DNA from: an uncultured virus (IMG/VR IMGVR_UViG_2923146907_000004)
Lineage: Duplodnaviria; Heunggongvirae; Uroviricota; Caudoviricetes
Virus record (IMG/VR): IMGVR_UViG_2923146907_000004
Length of the DNA: 64,000 nt
Direction: 5' to 3' (one strand)
Shown here: piece by piece, positions 57,801 through 64,000 of the stretch
Layout: every line of letters begins with the position of its first letter
Position numbering within the stretch: the stretch's first letter is position 1
The notes under the pieces: model-generated
Told to the model about the DNA's origin: nothing
The model's database searches: none
What the model saw: only the letters and a program-made list of their open reading frames with translations
Made by a program: the position numbers and the translations under genes

Positions 57801-60800
57801 TCCGCGAGCAGACCGGCGTAGAGCCCGATGTGGTGGAGCTTTCCAGCGAACGCCGCGAGTTGCTGGAGGCCAAGGGCTACAACCTGGTCGGCTCCGACTT
57901 CATGGAGGTGTCCGGCAAGCAGTACGACCGTATCGTGATGAACCCGCCGTTCTCCAAGGGGCGCGACATCCAGCACGTACAGCACGCCTACAGCCTGCTG
58001 AAGCCCGGCGGCCGCCTGGTTGCCATCATGGGCGAAGGCGCCTTCTTCCAGAGCAACAAGGCCGCCGAGAACTTCCGGGCCTGGCTGGACGGCCTGGGTG
58101 CCACCAGTGAACGGCTGCCGGAAGGTTCGTTTATGGACCCGGCGCTACCCGTCAATACCGGCGTGAACGCGCGCATGGTGGTGATTGACAAGCCGGCAGC
58201 CGAAGAGTCGGCAGCGCCGCAGCCCGGCGAACAACCGCCCGTGCAGTACTCGTTCGCCGGCCGCAATGCCGTCGGCGCCAACCTGCATGCCCTGAGCACC
58301 GCACAGCAGCGCATCGCCATTGGCGAAAACGCCGAGGCCGTTCGCCGAGATACCGGTTGGCACCGTAGCGCTGATGGCAAGTGGCGCTTCGAAATCAGCG
58401 ATCATCAGGCCAGCATCGCCGTGGCCGGTGAGACTGCTGGCGCCATCATCAATATGGCCCACCTCAATGCCATCAACGACGAGCGCAGTCGACCGACCGT
58501 CGGCGATGTGCTCAACCATCCTCAACTGTTCGCTGCATATCCTGACCTGCAGCGTATCCCGGTGGCAGTGATGCCAGAGGGCATCACTGCGCTGGCTCGC
58601 CTACGTCGGTTCGCCACGGGTAACCAAGTTGAGGTTCAGGCGAACATGCCGCGCACCGAGGTTGCCTCGGCGATCCTGCACGAACTCCAGCATGCGATAC
58701 AGATCCGGGAAGGTTTCGCCATGGGTGGCTCGGCCAGGGCTTTCGTCAGCAACTTCGACAAGACTGGTGCGGCGACCTATCGTCGTTTGGCTGGAGAGGT
58801 GGAGGCGCGCAACACGCAGGCTCGGCTGAAAATGACGCCGCGCCTGCGCCGGGACATCGCACCCGATGAGTCGGCGGACATCCCTGCAAGTCAGGTGCTG
58901 GTGTCGTTCAATGGCCGCGACATCGAGAATGGCCCGTTGCCGCAGAACCTGACGGGGCGTCCGCCGATGACCTCGCAAAGCCTGGTTCGTGCTTTCGACC
59001 TGCAGTTCCCAGCCCTGGGCCAGGCTGTGCGCAAGATGCTGAAGCGCGGCAAGGAAGGACAACGGGGCGGCTTGGTGGTGATCGACAGCGCCGACCCGTT
59101 GCGCATCGCGCACACCTACGCGCGGAAATCCGGTACCGCACTGAGCGATGCCGTTCAACTGTTTGAGGATGGCGGGCGCATCAATGGCTTCTACGATGCC
59201 AGATCAGGTCTAACTTTTCTGGTCGGCCCGAACCTGAATCCGGTAACCGCACCGGCCGTGGTGCTTCACGAAATGGTTCACGGCCAGCAGCGGCAGAATC
59301 TCGACCAGGCTGCCCACGCCATGCTGATGAATCGCGGCAACGTGCGGAGCGCCGAACTGCGCACCTTCCTGGACCGTGTGGCCAGCCGCATGATCGAGGC
59401 CGGCGAGAGCCGCAACATGAAGGAGGCCGCTCCGTATATCGTGGAGCAGGCTGTTATTGAAGGGCGAGAGCAGGGGTTCGCCGAGGCTGATAGCCGGTTC
59501 CTGTCCTGGGTAGACAGTGCGCTGGGCAAGCAGGTGGGTGACTTCCTGCGTAGGTTCCTGGCCAACATCCGTCAGTGGACGCTGCGCCACGGTCTGCCGG
59601 TTGGCCGTATCAGCGTGGACGATCTGGTGCGATATGCGATGGCTGGCGTGGAAAGCGCCGCCGAAGGCCGGGTAAGGAGCGACGGCCTAGCCATGAGCCA
59701 GGACGACATGCGAAAGGCGCGCGTGCTGCAAGGCCCGCCGGTGGCCATCCTGGAGGGAAATGAAGCACCACAGGGCTTCGCTGCGGTTCGCGAGTGGGCG
59801 GCGAAGCTATTCGAGTCTCAAGGTGGCAAGGCAGTGAACCCGGACCTGGGCGACGTGGTGCTGGATATGCGCGCTGTGCGCGACTCGATGGCGCATGGCA
59901 AGGCCAACCCATACAAGTTCTCGGCGTTCGCGGCCGTCAAGGACGTGCTGGAGCGAGGTGTGGTGGTTCACCGCGCGGACTATGAGAAGGGGGAGAGTTT
60001 CTACGTGTCGGCGCCGGTGGTGATCGACGATAAGGATGACATCGTGACTGTGTTGGTGCGCCGCGATCCGAACATGCAGCGCATGTATCTGCATTCGGTG
60101 GCCACAAAAGAATATCTCCTGAACCGTCGAGTATCCGGTGCTGATGCCATGATGGCAGCGCAGCCTTCCGGCTCGTCCAGTTCAGGAGACGTAGCCAGTG
60201 TACTCCAGCGGCTGCTGACCGCAAGCCTGAATGAACCCGAAGGTCCGCAGTTCAGTCGCTCCGGTCTGCGCGAACTCACCAGCAAGGCTACCGCCGAACT
60301 GAACAAGACCTTCAGCGCTCCGGGAGGCCTGTCCTGGTGGCACAAGACCATCGGCACCATGTACAACCTCGCAGAGCGTTCCCCGGCATTCAAGCCGGTC
60401 TTCGAGTCGGCGCAAGGATTTATCGATGACGTGAGCTATTACGCCAGCGATGCGGCTGATCTGGCGCCGAAACTGCTGCCGAAGCTGGAAACCTGGCGCG
60501 ACATTGCAAAGTCCCCGGTGGGCGCTGAGGACAACAAGGCGGTGGCCAAGCCGGTATTCGAGGGCACGCTGATGTGGGCGCGCGACGTGGACGGCAAGCC
60601 GGTGCGCGTCGATTCGCTGGCTGAGCGCGCCATGCGTCTGACGGCCGACGAGAAGGCGGACATCCTGCTGAAGCAGGGCAAGATTCCCGAGGGACTGCTG
60701 CGCGCCTGGCGCGGCCTGAGCCCCGAGCAGTTCGCCAAGATGATCGACAGCCGCTACGAGGCGCAGATGCTCAAGGCAGGCATCGTCTGGACCGACGCTG

Positions 60801-63154
60801 AGCTGCGCGACATATGGAAGCTCAACGATGCTCAGGTCGCGCTGTACCGCGAGTTCCGCGCCGCCACCGACCGTAGCCTGGACACCATGGCCCGCGCCGA
60901 CATGCTGCGCTTCGGCGGCGAGGATGTGAAGGAACTGCGCGACCAGGTGATGGACGCGGCCGATGCGCAGGAGGGGGCCGCGATACTGCGCGACCACCTG
61001 GCGCAGATGGCTGATGCATGGCCGGAACGCGCCACGAACCTGCTGAACCTGGCACACGGCATGACGGATCGCGCCGAGAAGGTCGCCCAGTTGCAGGGCG
61101 AGGGCTATGCACCGCTGTCGCGCTTCGGCAAGTACACAGTGGACGTGGTGGGTCAGGACGGTCAGCGTGAATACTTCAGCCTGTTCGAGACGAAGCGCGA
61201 GGCCAACCAAATGGCTGAGCAGATGCGTGGCGCGTTTCCTGGCGCCACCGTGAGCCAGGGCACCCTGTCCGAGGAAGCGTACAAGCTATTCGCCGGCATC
61301 ACACCGGAAACGCTGGAACTGTTCGGCAACGCCCTCGGTTTCGACTCACAGGGCGATAGCGCACGTGATCAGGCTTTCCAAGACTACCTGCGCCTGACAA
61401 AGACCAACCGCAGCGCAATGCGCCGGCTTATTCACCGAAAGGGCATCGCTGGTTATAGCGAGGACGTAGGGCGGGTACTGGCCTCGTTCGTATACTCCAA
61501 TGCGCGGCAAACCGCCGCCGGTCTGCACATGGGCGACCTTTCCGAGGCTGTGAACGGCATCCCGCAGGCGCAGGGCGAACTGAAGGACGCCGCGGTACGG
61601 CTGGCCGACTACATCAAGAACCCGCAAGAGGAGGGGCAGGCGGTGCGCGGACTGCTGTTTGCGCAGTACCTCGGCGGGTCCGTCGCGTCAGCCTTCGTCA
61701 ACATGACCCAGCCGGTCCAAGTGACTTTTCCCTGGCTGAGTCAGTATTGCGGGGTGAAGCGCGCTGCGGCGGAACTGGGGCGGGCAGCACGACAGATGGC
61801 GCAGCGCTCCTATCAGTTCGAACCGGACCTGGCCCGGGCATTAAAGCGCGCAGAGGATGATGGGGTGGTGTCCCCGCAGGAGGTCCACCAGTTGATGGCG
61901 CAGGCCCGCGGCAGCGGCTCGCTGCGCGCCGGGGACGGGACGCGCTTGGGTGATGCTCGAGCACTTGCGTCCAACAGCGTGGCGCGCCTGTCGATGGCCT
62001 GGGGCAAGTTGTTCGGCGCCGCAGAGCAGATCAACCGCCGCATGACCTACATCGCGTCGTATCGCATCGCCAAAGCGCAGAACATGGCCAATCCTGACGA
62101 GTTCGCACGCCGGGCCGTGCGCGAGACGCAGTTCGTATACTCCAAGGCCAGCAAAATGCGCTGGGGGCGTGGTGCCGTCGGCGGCACCTTGATGACCTTC
62201 AAGACGTACAGCGTGGCCTATCTTGAGCTGATGCATCGCTTGTGGAATCAGGGTGAGCCTGGTTCGCAGGAGCGCAAGGACGGTCGGAAGGCTGCTGCCC
62301 TGATGATCGGTATGCTGCTGCTCGTCGGGGGCGCCGGTGGCTTGCCGTTCGCCGAAGACGCCGAAGACCTGATCGACGGTGCGGCGCAACTCATGGGCTA
62401 CAACTTTTCTACCGCGAAGGCCAAACAGGAGTTTCTTGAAAGTCTGTTCGGTCGGGTGCTTGCCGACTTCATTGATCGCGGGGTGTCCGGACTGCCTGGT
62501 GCTCCGCTCGATGTCTCAGGCCGGTTGGGCATGGGGAACCTGATTCCTGGAACCCGGCTACTCCAGCCCGCCCCCGCGAATATTCGCGATGTGCTTGAAA
62601 TAGCTGGCCCCATGGGGGACTTCGCGAATCGCATCCTTGAGGGCGGGAAAAAGATCGCCAGTGGCGACATCGGTAGCGGGTTGCTGGAAATATCCCCGGG
62701 GGCGGTACGAAACGCTGCCAAGGGGGTGGATATGCTCGCCACTGGGATGTACCGAGACACGAAGGGCTACAAGGTCTTGGATACCAACACGCTTGAGGCC
62801 GCGATGAAGATGATCGGCTTCCAGCCTGCCAGTGTGGCGACCATTCAGGAAGCCAACATGCTCAGCCAGAAGGCGAAGGCCTTCTACAACCTGAAGGCGC
62901 AAGATATCCGCAGTATGTGGGCAGCCGGCGTGTTCGAGAAGGACCAAGGTAAGGTTGAGCGCGCGCGGCAGGCAATTGTCGACTGGAATCGGCGCAACCC
63001 TGACCAGCCGATGGTCATTCGTGTTCCGGACATCATGCGGCGAGTCCGCGAAATGTCGCTTTCGAAGGATGAGCGGATAGCGAAGACAGCACCCAAAGCA
63101 ATGCGACAGCAGATGCGAGAGGATCTGGCGCGCACCCGCGCAGCTCTGGACTGA
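51833..63154 (+). CDS. Giant polyvalent ejection protein (ParB-like, adenine MTase, zincin-like, PLxRFG)
   Basis: LDGHHQW, VLEPSAG.G with NPPF, DGKWRFEISD, HELQH, HEMVH, PLSRFG; TAATG coupling. Confidence 0.88.
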   Translation: MADTSKPWEEFASQQSVTGGEKPWEEFGGETKEEGRGLIGHARDLGLSVAKGVIGVPEAAVGLADIPTEGRVGKFLENQDGMLGFRPREAKDFLSDLHTDQYKQQQQDFQDADGVVDKTLHAVQNPSMVVNTVAESLPSMLAGGAVGRGVRALAPALAPVAAGAAGEGAVMAGQQAEQIRQETDDGLLTPAQSGAAVATGVLGSLFSLAGGSLAKKLGIGDADTLLAGGANPGQLVSELASMPAKSIPRKVIEGAISEGFLEELPQSASEQVLQNLALGRDWASGLDEAMVMGTLAGMAMGGPAAVLHGGQPAASRGLADADATFESTPGLEGQTETTAPLALPAPVYEAGSDGQVRTTVDQNSATQAQRQQEAERLDRIRRGEVTDVTPVPAAPKRSEQMGLDPAAGPLSGAAAQAVDSGATDQMVQQAALQQAAEEAQKSGRKGDQVNPETGEITAEQGDLLASDPVTDLQGRLEFVRRQARATGWDAKKIAERDRLQEELDKLAPPPDAGYMQRVGERVKRIEAAQSPDEIAAILAEDQQDEQRHQNAAGRVELAARARGFALDQAAQQQAPTPIGVQDDIQQAQGKADTQQAQAAQPVASPAPAAESVPAASAPAIEAAKPSNLKDAIAKVRQDKAQAPKAEPVQQTAAPAADQARYADLAQQFNAMVPQLKAAREGGNTSEVERLTNAMRPLDTEMRQLQARETKRTLDLGQQASKAKLEQELSGEAIGTRRRPSEHAPEKGLYWEKTGTNEWTGRGAWFQKGKTRTDADMAQFGGTLVMPSEQAAQKAPSIEGKDIGEGWAEFSKESGTAGIPRADMPQIKAEHRGAMVNFLSARGVQHQEETVPADTLKPTQAEFSRDKVAKAKGFEGGNRSILVSRDGHVLDGHHQWMAARDNGEEVKVIRLDAPIRDLVKLAHEFPSSTTDASSGQGATVEAKQVRPKPEPAAPDVPKKKPRGVLAKRLQAEAQARAEYFTPGNVVRGYGANYDRVISYNPTESGSWTVTVRSVRKEGDTWVDVPGESERTHMTAPDARDMKRGPAGRIATQGAPTADEFPLKEAAASYSGISNSSSQRAKSDADEFQTYIDVARDAGAVVARTDAQQAAVEQATRELRADYLAQYRRLMNVRAGTYSGYVVGRSGLNSKQADRRNSAYDRAIDTFVAWQKSNQDRVRQAALDARTDEEKAADRQAAEQARADKAQRKEDGDRSLMRRILSWKKGSEPVAITKTAHLAGVNFGKDGYPTSIKLTPTDGSVLTSDKFDLATLFRERGMSVPESKRRVRELVDFVRAEDAARPQSEPAEAPKPDPAQPSDSKTPTLDEHVALMQRARSGEATADEFRQAFERTQNARDALVAELGTMKKDELLKSGGYSFFHRYRNEKKAAIVDALAGRVLEEFALGRSYGPSSYVMSAAGLEAHRQAKASALAELVANTTDDDIKAHAAEVAEAQQEIQARRAAQQKAVANPQTLAEFRQAVSYNMETHGESLREAFMRLTPEQRIRYDELEAESTKALREQAKAQAKTRVASAGQTTAGDIIETKHTKHGHDLFVVQLAERVSREDYDTLNNSAKRLGGSYSSYRGNGAVPGFQFRTREAAEAFRKLVTGDTADAQAVAEARRDAFEDDRSQGAAERLRTMAQALNERADEALNRERKQNTERRARMAARAEASARSDKALAATMNNLADAIEGGKAKFLDTVRQKVQVEFLARELRNAKDAQIRAKYPTYGEQEKHRGEPVDAETVDYSTFPSYTAMRSDLASLARQMADVDGLKKLAARLEKVADDVTEAYTDWAKQNLLSVSRFTRGDQFADFKSREDAERAIRRSGLTGKAIVLPVKRGQNRIVMAPSEAMKLGLWQGDGDKRITLSGEFGGELVQALGRRSGSKITVPWALESAHEKRKRLESMGILTGSEYRSALREFVALREAPAEPDKIREMERSMIGRRNDGLDFFPTSAAVTEEAVDAADIQEGMDVLEPSAGMGHMADAIREQTGVEPDVVELSSERRELLEAKGYNLVGSDFMEVSGKQYDRIVMNPPFSKGRDIQHVQHAYSLLKPGGRLVAIMGEGAFFQSNKAAENFRAWLDGLGATSERLPEGSFMDPALPVNTGVNARMVVIDKPAAEESAAPQPGEQPPVQYSFAGRNAVGANLHALSTAQQRIAIGENAEAVRRDTGWHRSADGKWRFEISDHQASIAVAGETAGAIINMAHLNAINDERSRPTVGDVLNHPQLFAAYPDLQRIPVAVMPEGITALARLRRFATGNQVEVQANMPRTEVASAILHELQHAIQIREGFAMGGSARAFVSNFDKTGAATYRRLAGEVEARNTQARLKMTPRLRRDIAPDESADIPASQVLVSFNGRDIENGPLPQNLTGRPPMTSQSLVRAFDLQFPALGQAVRKMLKRGKEGQRGGLVVIDSADPLRIAHTYARKSGTALSDAVQLFEDGGRINGFYDARSGLTFLVGPNLNPVTAPAVVLHEMVHGQQRQNLDQAAHAMLMNRGNVRSAELRTFLDRVASRMIEAGESRNMKEAAPYIVEQAVIEGREQGFAEADSRFLSWVDSALGKQVGDFLRRFLANIRQWTLRHGLPVGRISVDDLVRYAMAGVESAAEGRVRSDGLAMSQDDMRKARVLQGPPVAILEGNEAPQGFAAVREWAAKLFESQGGKAVNPDLGDVVLDMRAVRDSMAHGKANPYKFSAFAAVKDVLERGVVVHRADYEKGESFYVSAPVVIDDKDDIVTVLVRRDPNMQRMYLHSVATKEYLLNRRVSGADAMMAAQPSGSSSSGDVASVLQRLLTASLNEPEGPQFSRSGLRELTSKATAELNKTFSAPGGLSWWHKTIGTMYNLAERSPAFKPVFESAQGFIDDVSYYASDAADLAPKLLPKLETWRDIAKSPVGAEDNKAVAKPVFEGTLMWARDVDGKPVRVDSLAERAMRLTADEKADILLKQGKIPEGLLRAWRGLSPEQFAKMIDSRYEAQMLKAGIVWTDAELRDIWKLNDAQVALYREFRAATDRSLDTMARADMLRFGGEDVKELRDQVMDAADAQEGAAILRDHLAQMADAWPERATNLLNLAHGMTDRAEKVAQLQGEGYAPLSRFGKYTVDVVGQDGQREYFSLFETKREANQMAEQMRGAFPGATVSQGTLSEEAYKLFAGITPETLELFGNALGFDSQGDSARDQAFQDYLRLTKTNRSAMRRLIHRKGIAGYSEDVGRVLASFVYSNARQTAAGLHMGDLSEAVNGIPQAQGELKDAAVRLADYIKNPQEEGQAVRGLLFAQYLGGSVASAFVNMTQPVQVTFPWLSQYCGVKRAAAELGRAARQMAQRSYQFEPDLARALKRAEDDGVVSPQEVHQLMAQARGSGSLRAGDGTRLGDARALASNSVARLSMAWGKLFGAAEQINRRMTYIASYRIAKAQNMANPDEFARRAVRETQFVYSKASKMRWGRGAVGGTLMTFKTYSVAYLELMHRLWNQGEPGSQERKDGRKAAALMIGMLLLVGGAGGLPFAEDAEDLIDGAAQLMGYNFSTAKAKQEFLESLFGRVLADFIDRGVSGLPGAPLDVSGRLGMGNLIPGTRLLQPAPANIRDVLEIAGPMGDFANRILEGGKKIASGDIGSGLLEISPGAVRNAAKGVDMLATGMYRDTKGYKVLDTNTLEAAMKMIGFQPASVATIQEANMLSQKAKAFYNLKAQDIRSMWAAGVFEKDQGKVERARQAIVDWNRRNPDQPMVIRVPDIMRRVREMSLSKDERIAKTAPKAMRQQMREDLARTRAALD

Positions 63155-63155
63155 A

Positions 63156-63197
63156 CCCCCTGTAAGGATTTGCCGTTCTCTGGCTGTACCGAAAACT
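63156..63197 (+). promoter_or_regulatory. Putative late promoter 4 (lysis cassette)
   Basis: CCCCCTGTAAGG-A-TTTGCC-17 bp-AAAACT. Confidence 0.7.
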
Positions 63198-63248
63198 ACC
63201 TGCCCAAGAAGCCGGGGCGTGATGCCCCGGCCTTTGGAGGATGGCGTT

Positions 63249-63506
63249 ATGTCGGAGAGGGCCGGAATGGCGGTAGAGGTGGTGGGCGTTTCGGTGGCCA
63301 ACAAGACCACGCTGGCTGGCGCCCTTGCGGGCGCGTTGGGCTGGCTGGCGCAGATCAACTGGGTGGGGCTGATCGGCGTGCTGGTCGCCGTCATCGGTCT
63401 GCTGGCCAATATCTATTTCCAGGTTCGCCGCGACCGCCGCGAATCAGCCGAGAGCGCTGCCCGCATCGAGGCCATCCGGGGGCGTTGCGATGTCGAACAG
63501 CCGTAA
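63249..63506 (+). CDS. Holin
   Basis: Hydrophobic segments, charged C-terminus, overlaps endolysin; GGAGG RBS. Confidence 0.85.
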   Translation: MSERAGMAVEVVGVSVANKTTLAGALAGALGWLAQINWVGLIGVLVAVIGLLANIYFQVRRDRRESAESAARIEAIRGRCDVEQP

Positions 63507-64000
63507 CCGCGTGCTGGTTGCCGCGCTGACCGTCAGCCTGGCCGGCTTCGGCGCCTGGATGAAGTCGGAGGACTTCAGCGCGAAACCATACGTGCCGACC
63601 AAGGGCGACGTGCCGACCATCGGCTACGGCTCCACCCGCTACGAAAGCGGCCAGCCCGTCAAGCTGACCGATCCGCCGATCACCCGCCAGCGCGGCGAAC
63701 AACTGGCGCGCAACCTGATGGCGAAGGACGAACAGCAGTTCCGCGACTCGCTGCCTGGCGTGAAGCTGTTCCAGGAGGAATACGACCTGTACCTGGATTT
63801 CACGGGGCAGTTCGGCATCACCAACTGGCGTGGCAGCTCGATGCGCCGCGACCTGCTGGCCGGCAACTACCGCCAGGCCTGTGATGACCTGCTGAAGTGG
63901 CGCAACCAGGGCGGGCGCGATTGCTCGCTGCCGAAGAACTGGGGGCCGCAGGGCTGCAAGGGCGTGTGGACGCGCCAACAGAAGCGGCATGCGCAGTGCA
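63490..64000 (+). CDS. GH24 lysozyme endolysin (SAR-like), truncated by window edge
   Basis: Hand translation MSNSRNRVLVAALTVSLAGFGAWMKSEDFSAKPYVPTKGDVPTIGYGST. Confidence 0.88.
   Translation, partial: MSNSRNRVLVAALTVSLAGFGAWMKSEDFSAKPYVPTKGDVPTIGYGSTRYESGQPVKLTDPPITRQRGEQLARNLMAKDEQQFRDSLPGVKLFQEEYDLYLDFTGQFGITNWRGSSMRRDLLAGNYRQACDDLLKWRNQGGRDCSLPKNWGPQGCKGVWTRQQKRHAQC

Larger units (their letters stand above)
1477..64000. mobile_element. Temperate podovirus-type prophage (F116/H66-like), right end beyond window
   Basis: Integrase next to tRNA, cI/cro, replication, terminase, P22-like portal, N4-type capsid, giant ejection protein and lysis genes in canonical order. Confidence 0.95.

Overview
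Pseudomonas aeruginosa-like chromosomal window (high GC). The first ~1.5 kb is core genome: folD, then a divergent tRNA-Arg/His/Leu cluster. From ~1477 to the right edge lies a temperate podovirus-type prophage, most like the F116/H66 group, apparently integrated at the 3' end of tRNA-Leu. It runs off the window inside the endolysin, so attR is not visible. Modules in order: integrase and AlpA-type excisionase; a long leftward early operon (mosaic Ea22-like genes, SNF2 helicase plus nuclease, nucleotide hydrolases, C5 methyltransferase, DndC-like PAPS reductase, YejK, RdgC, SSB, DnaQ-like exonuclease, Sak-like annealer, CsrA fusion); an immunity region (cI/cro, five 15-bp operators, an SOS-box-controlled gene); replication with an iteron origin; NinG; terminase, portal, scaffold, N4-type capsid and virion genes; a 3,773-aa polyvalent ejection protein; holin and endolysin. 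The most notable observations that gene annotation does not explain are: (1) a conserved late-promoter motif CCCCCTGTARGG before four late transcription units, with no Q gene; (2) a repeated AGGA-loop hairpin at virion-gene starts beside a divergent CsrA-fold gene; (3) an antisense exported protein whose C-terminus copies the KPWEE motif of the ejection protein; (4) a methyltransferase with six tandem target-recognition-like repeats next to a lone dndC homolog. All family assignments come from reading motifs by eye; no searches were run.
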